A stretch of 49,423 nt of DNA from Paraspadella gotoi (Eukaryota; Animalia; Chaetognatha). The notes below the pieces were generated by a model. It made no database searches. It saw nothing but the letters and a program-made list of their open reading frames with translations, and was not told where the DNA came from. Positions 23,482 through 36,769 of this stretch are shown piece by piece. The stretch is from contig CM119264.1 of NCBI GenBank assembly GCA_051294375.1, positions 29,292,686 to 29,342,108 of the forward strand, given 5' to 3'. Position 1 is the stretch's first letter. Each line of letters begins with the position of its first letter. The translations under genes were made by a program, and so were the position numbers.

Positions 23482-24397
23482 GTTCCATATTAGCAGTCCC
23501 TGAGCTTCGGAGTATCTTCAAGCGTCATTTAGCGGTAATAGACTATCTGCAAGCGGTAATAGAGTATCTGCAAGCGTCATTTAGCGGTAAGCAGCGAATT
23601 AGATGATATCATATATGGTCAGATTAATTTTCTAATTTTTTAAATTTATTACAATTCACTACTTATAATTATTTATAATTATAGTTTTTTTAATTTGGTA
23701 GTTGTTTGAATTCAGATGATAATGCAGGTTATGGTCGTACGGACTGACGGACGGACAGAGAGAGAGAGACTGACGGATAAAGATCTTTTTTTTTTGAATA
23801 TTTTTTTCATAATTTAAGATGATATAAATTCTAAGATCGGATTTGGATTCGTTGCAGTAGGAGGAGGAAGAGAGATTAAAATTTGGTAGAAACTAAATAG
23901 CTTTTAACTTTTGATTTAAATACAATTCATGGTAGTGATTAGAATATTTATAAAATTTGTTTATCTTGTATTTGTTTTAATTTCCTCAGTATTACTTTCT
24001 GTAATTTAACTTCTCCTGAAATACTCAAAATGGCAAAGTCAAATGACAGGGTGTAAATGTAAAGTACAGATCTGCTTTTATGTACAGTATAACATTTCTA
24101 GCTTGCCAATTACTTTTTTTTTAAATAACAAAATTAAATGAGAATTATTTTAATATTTATTAGACACTAAAATGAGGCAAATTAGCCAAATATACCTTTC
24201 CAATAAACATCTTTCATACAAATAGAGAGAAAAAAAATACGGGCGTAACAAGAGGAGCATTACAATAAAGTTACAATGAGTCAACGTCGGAGGGAATTTT
24301 TTTTTACGTAATTAAAGTTTCATCCTCTTCGTTGTGAGTGAAAATGCGATGTCACGTGACTTTTTTGCGGTATCACAGTTTTTGAGTATGACAACTG

Positions 24398-24473
24398 TCA
24401 CGCATTTTGGTTGTCATCGTCGTCGTGGTCGTCGTCATCGTGATGGTCTTTCCAACTTCCAGTTGTGCAGCTC
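24398..24473 (-). CDS. FucTA: Core alpha-1,3-fucosyltransferase (GT10), last exon
   Basis: aaAG acceptor, phase 2; (K)SCTTGSWKDHHDDDD...NA*; matches the WW...CTT.SW C-terminus of insect FucTA as I recall it. Confidence 0.8.
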
Positions 24474-24757
24474 CTTTAATGAAATAAGGAAGACAGCGTT
24501 GACAAAAAAATAATCTTGCTATGAAATCGAAAATACATTTATTCCTTCAACTTCTAGGCTCATCACCACCAACTACTTAAATTTTATTTAAGCTAGTTTA
24601 GCCTTGAGACCTTCAACTACTCAATGGGTCACCCACGAATGTCAATTCGATGGAAGTTGACACCTCCTACCCATAGTTCCTGCATGACCCAATACCAACT
24701 CAGAACTTGGTCTAGCCTGCGTCCAATTTATCACCCACATCCCCAAGTATGCCTTAC

Positions 24758-24889
24758 TTGTGTGCGCCCCACCATTCGTGAATATTCTCGACCCATTGCT
24801 TAGGTCTATTCGCATCGTTGAGCAAGGCGCACAATCTGCACCAGAATTTGGTGTTGATGAAATCGCCGCGAGATTGCCACTCGAAATAC
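24758..24889 (-). CDS. FucTA: Core alpha-1,3-fucosyltransferase exon
   Basis: YFEWQSRGDFINTKFWCRLCALLNDANRPKQWVENIHEWWGAH; catcAG acceptor, GTAAGG donor. Confidence 0.92.
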
Positions 24890-25539
24890 CTGATGGAAGA
24901 AGAAGAAAATTTGTAGTCTCAGTTACAAGTTACGTAACGTCGCGTATCGTAGAACGGGAAACGCGTAGGGCAAGTGGCGGATTTCTGAGACACGTCAAAA
25001 GCGGAATAAGAAAAGTGACGAGTTGAGGTTTGCTGTTTTTTAGTTGTTCAAGTGTTTTTAATTGTTTTTATTCTTGTTGTTAAATGTTGCTGTCGTTGTT
25101 GTTAGATGCCTCGTCTTATTTAATTAATTGTGCATTATAAATTGACATCCTCTCATCTCACCTTATACAATATACATTGTGAATCCCTTCCATGGCCTTA
25201 CCTATTACCCATTACCCATTACCCATTACCCATCCTTACCCAATCGTCGCCTTACCAATTCTTATTCTTTTCCAGACTCATTACCCATCTAATTTCTTCC
25301 CAATCAAATTTTTCAAAGGCGCCCTATTTCTGTTTAAATTCAATTTTAAATCAGTTTTTTAGGTTTAAAAAGTAAGTTTAGTTTTCTAGGATTAAGGATA
25401 AAGTTTAGGATGAGCGTTATGGTAAAAGATTAATCATTTGATAAAAAGGTGAAATATTAAAGTTTATTTCAGATCAGGGATTAGAAAAAGAAACGAGGCG
25501 CTTTCGGAAATTAGTAATGCCCCTTCCCTTTAACCTCAC

Positions 25540-25695
25540 CCGTTATAGAGTTCCTCATTAGCGTCGAGCTGCTTCAGGAACTGCGCGAGTCTGAAGGGTG
25601 AGTCAAAGTCTTCCACGTGGATGAACGAGTTGGACGGAGCCACTCGTTCGTAGTCGCTCCGTCGGGCGCCCATCACGATGGGGACTACATCGTGG
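25540..25695 (-). CDS. FucTA: Core alpha-1,3-fucosyltransferase exon
   Basis: HDVVPIVMGARRSDYERVAPSNSFIHVEDFDSPFRLAQFLKQLDANEELYN; ctcAG acceptor, GTGAGG donor. Confidence 0.93.
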
Positions 25696-25735
25696 CTGAG
25701 GTGGAAAGAGATGGTTAAGTGAGAGATGGAGATAG

Positions 25736-25769
<34 letters not shown>

Positions 25770-26841
25770 TTCTCTCTCTCTCTCTACCTTCTATTCATAT
25801 TTTTAACTGTCATTAGTATAACAACAAGTAACATGAAATCAAATGTTAGTATTTGATTTTTTTTTGATTTTTTTTCCCCCCCCTTTTCATTTTTTCTTGT
25901 CTAAAAAAGACAAGAGTGTTCTGTACATAGATTAATAATAGAATTTTAATCTCAGATTATAATTTTAAATTTGGTCGTATAAGTGAGCCGAGTCTGAGCT
26001 ACTTGTCTTATAATGATGATATGAAAGCTTCGAAAATGATTTCACGAATCACGATGCTAAAATAATTCCGTAAAAAAAACTTTTTTCCAAAACCAATCAA
26101 GCAAGCAAGCAATCAAACAGACATGCAATCACCTCTTCCATTTTTGTTCCCCAAATGCCAAGCAAACGACATTCGACATTTCACCCCCTCCTCTCCATTC
26201 CCTTGCGCTTTTGTTTTCACGACATCCAACTTTGATTTCCCTTTTTTTTTCTCCGACGAACAATTTTTTTTCTTTGTCTTCCCCTCAAATATTCATTCGC
26301 GTCTTTCTATTCCAATTTCGAAGCCGGAGGGAAAACGGGCGGCGCTGCGGTCACTACCGCCGTCGCCGCCGCCGTCACTAACACCGCCGCCGCCGCCGCG
26401 CCGCCGCAGGAAATGGCCGAGAGAATAATGACATATCCGCTCAGATTTTGTCGCTTCGAGGCCTGTCAGAGAGACAGTAAGACAGTTGGCGCGAGACTCG
26501 CAATATCTTGGTATGATTGCCTGTTGGTTCTACACCCAATGGCCTTGTAGTTTTAACGCCAGATAACCTAACTTATTAAACGAATCGAAAAGATATGGTG
26601 ACACTGTGGCGAATACTAAATTCGTCTCCCGTATAGCTTGGTGAAACTCATTGGCTTGGACAGCGAAGTACTCGTTCACCAACCGTGACTTCCGCTCCGG
26701 GTTCAAACCCCTCACGGTCACGTTAAGTGTGGTGGTGTTGGCATTAACACTGTATGTCTAAAGCCCTGAGCGACACGTGTCGGAACAGCTACGGAACGCT
26801 AATGGATATCAAGTTTTCATTTGTGATGTACTCCGTTTTTA

Positions 26842-26951
<110 letters not shown>

Positions 26952-27509
26952 AAGCACGTCTTAGTTCTTCCATTTTTTCCCGACGCGACATCAAACGACG
27001 ACGTGACGTAATCTCGTCGTAATCGTGACGTAAACGACGTCACTCTTAACGCCAACTTTAAGCGTCACGTAACTAGAGTGAATGTCCTCGTTTCACCCCT
27101 AACGCCCTCTTCCGTTTAGCTTCGCTTAAATCCCCCATTTTTGTCTTCCGCTTTTTTTTTTCCCCCTTCGCCATTTTTTCCCCCACTTCAGTCGCGATGC
27201 CGTTTTTATGGCTAATCTATTTTTAGAATCAAGACCACAGTTTTGGCACGAGCTAAGACCACAAGCCTTACGACAACGAACCACATGCCTAGTCTTTTTA
27301 TTGTCTCGGCCATCGTCCACTCGTCCTTCGGGTCGGTCGGTCGGTCGTTGCTCCGTTGCTAAGGCGAAAGCGTTCCAAACATTCCGTCGCCAAGGAAACG
27401 CCAAACACATCAAAAATATTTCGCGATAGACGAGGGAAAGGGGAGGGGGGCGGAAGGGGGGGGGAACGAAACACCGGGGACGACGATGACAATGAGAAGA
27501 TGAGGGGAA

Positions 27510-27544
<35 letters not shown>

Positions 27545-28708
27545 AGAAGAACACGCAGACGACGACGACGATGAAGATGACGACGACGACGACGATGAAG
27601 ATGACGACGACAACGATGACAATAACGACGACGACAAAGAGAAAAATGACAAGTGCGACGAAAACGATTAGGACGACGAAGACGACTGCTATCAAAACAA
27701 TGATAACGATAAAAACACAATAAATAATAAATAAATAAACATAATAAATAACAAATTTGTTATGAATGAAATTTTCTTTTTTTCATTATGAGATAACTGC
27801 GTTAGAAGAGAAGAAATATTATCAGATATTACACGATATAAAACTTATACATACAAATTATTTCATATCATTTATACTCCCAATGCATGTTATAACTTTT
27901 AAAGAAATATCAAAGTCATATGTTTTAGTATGAATTTTAGAATGGTAACGAGTTGAGCGTTCAGTATCCAACATCCCTGGCCGAATGCATTCGAAAGGGT
28001 GACGAGGAAATTGAATCCGTGAATTTCGCTGACAATTCAGTCCACGTGAATTCAGTTCGAGTAGAGAATTCTCTCGTCCTTTAATGATGAACCTAATGCA
28101 GTGAATTCACAACGATAACGACAGAGGGACCCAAGGGTGATCATTACGATGACGACGACGATGAAGACGACGACGACGACGACGACGATGAGGATCGCAC
28201 CATCAATGTCTGGGCGTCCGGAGGGAGGAGAATGAGGAAGAGAGACGACGACGACAATGAGGACGACAACAACGACGACGACAACTTGGAAAGATAAGAT
28301 TATGTCGCTTAGAGAATTTCACGCTGTGTACCAGGACAAAATGATGAAAACGAAAGATAGGACGACGACGACGATGAAAACGACGACGACGACGGTGAAA
28401 ACGACGACGACGACGACGACGATGAAGACGACGACGACGATGAAAACGACGACGACGACGTCGACGACGATGAAAACGACGACGACGACGACGACAAGAC
28501 AGACGAATTCTTTTTTGTCAAAATGAGATTTTGCCGTCACCAATTTTTTTTCCTTTTTTTAGAAAGAATTTTTTTGCGTCGATGTGATTCGCGGTTTGAA
28601 ATATTTTTAGTCCTGAAGTCGACGTCTTGAAATTCACGAATGACATTTGACAAGATAATCCTGACATTTTGCTCATTTTTTTTCATTCGACTTTCCAAGA
28701 ATTGAGGA

Positions 28709-28779
<71 letters not shown>

Positions 28780-28998
28780 TTTATATTTATTTCTTTCTTT
28801 CCTTCTTTCTTTATTTCTTTCTCTTTTCTATTCTTTCGATTAATTTATCGGTTTAATTCTTCTCTTCTAATTTCGTGTTTTAATTTGAAATTTTATTAAT
28901 TTCCTTTTTTCTCTTTTTCTCCTCGAATTTGTTTTTCCGATTTTTTTTCTGTTTTTTTAAATTTTTTTTATTTTCGCTTCATCTTTCGACTTTAATCC

Positions 28999-29107
<109 letters not shown>

Positions 29108-30356
29108 AAACATAGCAAGATCATAAACAAACCAGCTGACCTCTTACAAGATCGTTCCGTACTTAAACTCTGCAAGCTTTCACTCAAGACTCTCTCACAG
29201 TATGCGTCTACAACATCTCACAGTCACGCATTCAAAATTGACTCCCTTTTCTCATTTTTCATTCGCTTGTCACTTGACCCCTGACCCAAAGTCACACGAT
29301 TCTCACCTCCGCCCCACCCAGCCCCGACTGTCGACGCAATCCTTCTCTTTTTCTATCAAATTCAATTCGCCGAAGAAAAATGACAAATTGCCAAGATTTA
29401 TTGCGCCACTCGGGTTATTAGAATTTCGCTTGACGGCCACTCGCCATTTTCTCGTCGGGGTGAACGAGCCAATAACTTCTAGTAAGATTTATTAGTCTTT
29501 TTTTTTTCCTATTTTATTTATTAATTTTATGAATGTCGTTTGCTCGCAAGGAAGTTTTTTGAATTATTTTTATTCATCGACTAGGATCGAATAACGTTTT
29601 ATTTTTATTTTTAAGTATTATTTTGGGGATGTGCATCGTTTCTAAACTACTTGGATATTTTTAAATGATTTGGTACGATCGATAGGAATTTAAATACTAC
29701 TATATGCAAAATTTTATAAAAATCGGATAATCCGTTCAAAAGTATATGGCAATAAAACAGTCGCGAAAATCGCGGCTTCAAATCGATCAACTTTCGCTTA
29801 AAATCGAACTCGTTTGATCCAATAAGGATTTGAACTACTGTATACTAAGCTTTAAACCGATAAATAGCGATTATGCGCGAACCGGGCCTCATAAAGAAAA
29901 TAGAATAAGCGAAGCCCGGAAAAAAGGAATCCTTACAAAATTAATCACAAAAATAACAGAATAAAAAAGGAAAAAGACAAAAGAGCAAAGAAGTAATAAA
30001 TTGAAAGTATTATTGACTGATCTCACCAGCAAAACTACTATTAACTAACTCAATTTAATATCGTTAATTCAAGATTAAGAATTCAACTATCGTCACTTCA
30101 CGATTAATTTTCATTTTTGAATCATTTTAATTTATGATAACAGATTTTAATATGATAGCAATAAAACTAAAATTAAAAGATAATGATTGATAATAGTAAG
30201 TAAATTGATGCAATGAATAAAATTAATTAAACTAATGATGATGACGATAGTTTAATATCTAAAACTTGTCATATTCTGAATCCGGCTTATTTTATTATGA
30301 ACAAGTTTGGGCAAACAATGTCGGATTTGACTAAGATAATTTAGCGGTAATCAGTT

Positions 30357-31005
30357 AAAAAGTATGCAAGTTGAAAAAAGATATGCAAGTTGAAAAAGAT
30401 ATGCAAGTTGAAAAAGATATGCAAATTAAAAAAGAATGCAAGTTGAAAAAGATATTGCAAGTTGAAAAAAGTATGCATACTTTGAAAAAGTAAGCATAAT
30501 TGGAAAAAAAGTATGCATACTTGGAAAAAAAGTATGCATACTTTGAAAAAAGTATGCATATTTTAAAAAAGTATGCATATTCAAAAATATGCATACTTTG
30601 AAAAAAGTATGCATATAAAGTATGCATACTTCAAAAAAGTATGCATACTTCAAAAAAGTATGCATACTTTGAAAAAAGTATGCATACTTTAAAAAAAGTA
30701 TGCATATTTAAAAAAAGTATGCATACTTCAAAAAAGTATGCATACTTTGAAAAAAGTATGCATACTTGAAAAAAGTATGCATATTTTAAAAAAGTATGCA
30801 TACTTCAAAAAAGTATGCATACTTCAAAAAGATGCATACTTTGAAAAAGTAGCAAACTTTGAAAAAGTATACAAACTTTGAAAAAGTATGGCAACTTTAA
30901 AAAAGTATGCATACTTTAAAAAAGTATGCATACTTTGAAAAAAGTATGCATACTTTAAAAAAAGTATGCATACTTTTTTTAAATATATGCATACTTTTTT
31001 CAAAG
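30357..31005. repeat. ~20-bp satellite with a palindromic unit (aaaaagtatgcatactttg)
   Basis: Tandem copies of the palindrome aaagtatgcatacttt. Confidence 0.95.
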
Positions 31006-31015
31006 TCACGTCACG

Positions 31016-31208
31016 TCAATGAATGACTACATCGATCAATGAATGATTATCATCCGATCAATGAAGGACATTCATCGCATCAATGAATGATTATCATCGC
31101 ATCAATGAATGACTATCATCGCATCCATCATTTGGTTATCATCGCATCAATCCTTCGGTTATCTTCGCATCAATTTTGGTTATCATCGCATCAATATTTG
31201 TTATCATT
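31016..31208 (+). repeat. ~22-bp minisatellite (atcgcatcaatgaatgattatc)
   Basis: About 8 degenerate tandem copies. Confidence 0.85.
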
Positions 31209-32197
31209 AAAAGAAGGCTCGATCCCTATTGCTTTTAAGATTTTATTGAACGGTTTTGTCACTATCACTAACAATAATTAATGTCTCTTCAAGAATAAGA
31301 TAAAGAGACTAACAAGGGACAAACGACGCCTAGAACCAATATCACAGGCGTGAAATTCAAAACATTTCATACAGACTGGCTTAAAACGTAAAAATACGGT
31401 AAAGCCATGTTGAAATATGGTATTTATCTGGCCCGGATCGCGCATGATCAATGCTTATTTTTAATTGATGTCCCCATTGGATAACCTACGTCAACCATTT
31501 TCAATACAGACCGGAACGCGCTTAAAAAAGCTTTTAGCGTGCAAAAACTTGATATTCCTTTCTATTTGCTCTAAATTTAATATAAACTCTCTAAATTTAC
31601 CCCGCGCTCTACCTGAAACAGATAGTAAAAACAATATAGTTTCTTTCGATGGTCTTAGAACAAAAAAAAATTGAAGGCTTGACTATGCAGTTTTCACCTA
31701 AAAAACCAGTTCATTTGATTGCTTTATCAAGCATTCAAGATTGCAAGAATTTAAACTTTTCTTTTTTTTTATCTATAGAGAAGACAATAAGCTATCCGAA
31801 CCGTACTGATATGTATGTGATTGTTCTATTTACAAAAGATCAAGCAGGGTTTTTGGGAAAAGGGAAAAAACGGTCTGACCAGTTCATTTAAATACCATTT
31901 TTGGGCATGATAAAATGGGTATTTCGATCGCGCTCTACCTCCGTTGGCTTCCAAAGCGCCAAGCTTTCGAAATCTACCCATATTGATATAATTTATATGG
32001 GCCTTGACTATGCAGTTTTGAATAGAAGTGAATATAAAGGAATCTTGATCGGAACTTCGATTCGAACGATGCGCAGCCCTAATTATTTAATATTTAAAAA
32101 AATGACGAAAAAAATTTAAGAATAGGCAAAAGAACAAATCAGGGCCGAGCAAGCATTAAAACAAACAAACGAAACAAGAGTAAAACAAAAAGGCAAA

Positions 32198-33226
32198 TTA
32201 AATCAACCAACTATTAAACAATCTAATCAAATCAACCAATGAAATCATCATAAGAATCAAACAAACAATCAAATGAATCAATCAAATGAACCAATCAAAA
32301 CAACCAACTTCAAATGAACCAATCAATCAACCAATCAAATCAAGTCAATCAAATCAACTAATCCAATTAGCCAATCAAATCAACCAAACAAATCAGCTAA
32401 CCAAACAGCCAATCAAATCAGCAAATCAAATCAACCAATCAAATAAACCAACTTCAAATGAACCAACTTCAAATGAACCAATCAAATCAGACAATCAAAT
32501 CATCCAATCAAATCAACCAATCAAATCTGCCAATCAAATCAACCAATCAAATTAACCAATAAACCAATCAGTCAATCAAATCATTCTAACAAATCAACTA
32601 ATCAAATTAGTCAATCAAATCAGCCAATCAAATCATCCAATTATATCAGCCAATCAAATCATCCAATAAAATCATCCAATCAATTCAACCAATCAAATCT
32701 GCCAATCAAATCAACCAATCAATTGAACCAACTTAAAATCAGTCAATCAAATGATCCTATCGAATCAACTAATCAAATTAGTCAATAAAATCAGCCAATC
32801 AAATCAACCAATCAGTTCAGCCAATCAAATCATCCAATAAAATCATCCAATCAATTCAGCTAATCAAATCAACCAATCAAATCAACCAATCAAATTAACC
32901 AATCAACCAATCAGTCAATCAAATCATTCTAACAAATCAACTAATCAAATTAGTCAATCAAATCAGCCATTCAAAACATCCAATCAATTCAGCCAATCAA
33001 ATCATCCAATCAATTCAGCCAATCAAATCAACCAATCAAATTAACTAATCAACCAATCAGTCAATCAAATCATCCTATCAAATCAACTAATCAAATTAGT
33101 AAATCAAATCAGCCAATCAAATCATCCAATCAAATCAGCCAATCAAATCATCCAATAAAATCATCCAATCAATTCAGCCCATAAATCAACCAATCGAATC
33201 AACCAATCAAATCAACCAATCAAATG
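32198..33226 (+). repeat. ~12-bp minisatellite (aatcaaatcaacc / aatcaaatcagcc)
   Basis: About 1 kb degenerate array abutting a FucTA splice donor. Confidence 0.9.
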
Positions 33227-33233
33227 ATCCAAC

Positions 33234-33400
33234 CTCAAGGCGTTAAAGAACTTCTCCGTGATGTAATCGACGCAGTTCGAGTTTTCAAAGGCGAGATAGT
33301 AACGATAATCTCTTCGCAACATCTCGAGGCACTCGTCGTGTTTCGATCGAGGGCAGCTGAGGTTCCCGCAGCCTCCGTAGACGTCGACCGGGTAGTAGAG
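33234..33400 (-). CDS. FucTA: Core alpha-1,3-fucosyltransferase exon (alpha-1,3 FucT motif)
   Basis: LYYPVDVYGGCG...YRYYLAFENSNCVDYITEKFFNAL; cccAG acceptor, GTTGGA donor. Confidence 0.95.
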
Positions 33401-33847
33401 CTGGGTAAGGTGGTAAAGAGAGCGAGAGTTAAGGGATGAGGAATAAGGGAAAGGTCGACGGAAGGATGGGAAGTCAATTGATTCTCGTCTTGGATCTATG
33501 TACAAAAACCGCCTTGGGGGCAAAACCCTTAAGCCTGGTTTCAAGGCCAGGAATCTTTCCATGGCTGCTAGAGGGGGTTAAAGAAGTTGCGGATAGCACT
33601 CTTCAGCCCCACTTAGAGCCTCCAACCCTCTCGCTAGCAGGTCTCAGAGAACTTTTAATCAAGACTCTGTTAGTCTAGTTAATTAAAACCCAGATTACTC
33701 GGCTTTCCTAATCATTTTTAACGTGCAATCTTTTCCTTCAATAAATAATACATAAAATTATATTTTCCAGTCATAAAATCTCCGACTTTGCATTTTTGGC
33801 CCGTCAAAAGCCTCACCATTCGCTTTGATAGTTCACAATGTGTCTAT

Positions 33848-34457
33848 TAAGGCGTAGTGAAAGTTACATACGAAAATTCTAAAAGTCAATTATGAACAAC
33901 ATACCATCAGTGAACATTAATTTGTAAAAAAAATTAATTTTATGTTTTTTAATTTTCGCAGTAGGCTATATTTATATATAATACTATCCTTATAATATCC
34001 TTAAAATTTCAAAATAGGCTTTTTTTAATTTTGATTACAGATTTGAATTCCTCGTCAAAAGTTGATACAAGAAAATATAATTCATTTTTAAAAATTCTTT
34101 CATTATGTGGGTTTAAAAATTTAAAAAACTATATTTAATATATAAAAGTTAATTTTCAGCTTAAAATATAGCTTTTTCTAATTTTTGACTCACTTAAGAA
34201 GGAATTTTTCAAAAGAGTTATATTTCTTTTTATTAACTTTTTATGACAAATCCAAATCTGCAAAAAAATCTTAGAAAAACTGTTTTTGAAATTTTAACAT
34301 TTATTGGTTTAGTACTAGTATAAAATATGGCCTACTGCGTAAATTGTAAAATTTATATATAATTTTTTTATACATAAATGTTCATAAGTATAATGTTGTT
34401 CGTTCCTCACTTTTAGAATTTTAGTTAAAGTTAAACTTAGGATTTTACCACGCCTTA
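33848..34457. mobile_element. hAT-family MITE, copy 2 (opposite orientation to copy 1)
   Basis: TIR taaggcgtagt / accacgcctta; perfect 8-bp TSD gtgtctat at 33840-33847 and 34458-34465. Confidence 0.88.
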
Positions 34458-34788
34458 GTGTCTATTCACAGGCGGGCGTTTTCTCTTTCCGATCACACAT
34501 TTCCCACCAGAATCACTCGACTCTTCGACCACAAATGACCCAAGAGCAAACCCATTTTATAAGGCAATAAGTGGGCTGAAGAGCGACAGCCAAAACTTCT
34601 TTAATTTCCTCTCGCAGACGTGGGTTTTCCAGGCCCAGGGGTGTTTACGGCCATCTTCACGCTTCCGCTGCTGGTAGGTACTGTTGGGAGTCGATCACGG
34701 TACCTAATGGTCATGAGCTGATTGTTTTATTATTATTAGCCACCGTGTCGGGACCTGAAGGTTACGTGCTTATAGAAGGGGTGAACAT

Positions 34789-35261
34789 TAAGGCGTAGTG
34801 AAGTTACATACGAAAATTCTAAAAGTCAATTGTGAACAACATACCATCAGTGAACATTAATTTGTAAAAAAATAAATTTTACGTTTTTTAATTTTCGCAT
34901 AGGCTATATTTATATATAGTACTATCCTTATAAAATCGAAAAATTTTAAAATAGGCTTTTCTTAATTTGATTGCCAGATTTGAATTCCTCGTCAAAAGTT
35001 GATAAAAAGAAAATATAATTCATTTTTAAAAATGTTTTCATTAAGTAGGTTAAAAATTTAAAAACTATACTATATTTAAAATATAAAAGTTAATTTTCAA
35101 CTTAAAATATAGCTTTTTCTAATTTTGACCCACTTAATGAAGGAATTTTTTCAAAAGAGTTATATTTCTTTTATCAACTTTTTATGAACGATCATCTTCT
35201 CTCTNNNNNNNNNNNNNNNNNNNNNNNNNAAAGTTAAATTTAGAAATTTTACTACGCCTTA
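34789..35261. mobile_element. hAT-family MITE, copy 3 (contains an N gap)
   Basis: Same TIRs; noisy inverted re-reads of MITE copies at ~35860-36414 and ~37950-38355. Confidence 0.75.
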
Positions 35262-36769
35262 ATATTCACCCCTCCTTTCTTCCCTCTTCCTCTTCCTCTT
35301 CCTCCCTCTTCCATCCTCTTACTCCCTCTTCCTCTTCCTATTCCTTTTTNNNNNNNNNNNNNNNNNNNNNNNNNAGGAAGAGAATAGGCAGAGGTAGTGG
35401 GAGGGAGAGTTAGGTAAGAGGGAAAGAAAAGAGGGGGAGAAAAAATGAATGGAGAGGGAAGAGGGGGAGACGAGGGAAGGAAGGGGAGAAGAGAAAAGGG
35501 AGGAAAGAGTTAGGAAGAGTGAAGAAGAGGAAGAAAGAGGAATGGAAGAGGAGGGGAAGAGGAAAAAGGGAGGAAGAGCGAATGGGAATAATAGAGATAA
35601 TAATGTATTAGGTAAGAAGTCGTCTGCAAAGCTTTTAAGAGATTGGTATGAATAAAGTGATAAAAGATTTAGAAATTTTAGGATTGGACAGGACGCACTG
35701 GTGAGGAAAAGTAGGAAGTTTACAAGAAGAGTGGAAGAACAGGAGGGGTCCATACTATTAATCTGTCGCTCGTTGTAACAACTTCTCTATACTATCACTT
35801 TTACCTCTACAATATTTCCATCCTCACAAATGTGATTGAGACATACAATTATTAATAAATAACTGAACATTTATGTAATAAACACAAATTTTATAATACA
35901 ATTTTACAATTTACGTCAGTAGACCATATTATATAGTACATAAACAATAAATTATTAAAATTTAAAACAGTTTTTTCTAAGATTTTTTTGCAGATTTGGA
36001 TCTCTTATAAAAAGTTGATAAAAAGAAATATATACTTTCTTTTTTGTAAAAATTCCTTCATTAAGTGGGTAAAAATTAGAAAAGCTATATTTTAAGTTGA
36101 AAATTAACTTTTTATATTTTAAATATATAGTTTTTTAAATTTTTAACCTACTTTTAATGACATTTTTAAAAATGAATTATATTTTCTTTTATCAACTTTT
36201 GACGAGGAATTCAAATCTGCAATCAAATTAAGAAAAGCTATTTTAAAATTTTTCGATTTATAAGGATAGTACTATATTATAATTATATGCCTATTGCGAA
36301 AATTAAAAAACGTTAAAATTTATTTTTTTTACAATATTTAATGTTCACTGATGGTATGTTGTTTTCACCAATTGACTTTTTAGAATTTTCGTATGTAACT
36401 TTCACTACGCCTTAATGTTCACCCCTTCTATATAGCACATAACCTTCAGGTCCCGTTATATTCGTTGGGTGTGTTTGTTGTCTTATATATATTTTTCCCC
36501 TTACCCTCTTCCTCCCTTTTTCCTCTTCCTCCCTCTCATTCAATTCCTCTTTGCTTCTTCTTCATCTCGTCTACTCTCCTAACTCTTTTCCTCCCTACGT
36601 GTCTCTTTTCTCTCATCTTCCTTCCTCGTCCTCCCTCTCGTTGTATCCTAGTTCACGTATTTTTCTTCCCCCTCTTCCTCCTTCCTCTTCCTAACTCTTC
36701 CTTCCCTACCTCTTGCCTACTCAACAGTTCTTCCTACCTTCCCTCTCTACTCCAGCGCGCGAAGTCGTT

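Noticed and set aside
24755-24757. TAA as the FucTA stop codon
   Set aside because: It overlaps a GTAAGG donor, and a phase-compatible downstream exon supplies the conserved C..SW ending.
26620-26790. Pol III-type RNA or SINE (B-box-like ggttcaaaccc at ~26700)
   Set aside because: Single copy in the window, with no convincing A box or cloverleaf.
27126-27720. Poly-V/T/R/S ORFs (also 28257-28543 and 41110-41790)
   Set aside because: They are (GAC)n/(GAT)n microsatellite translations with no domain or convincing splice context.
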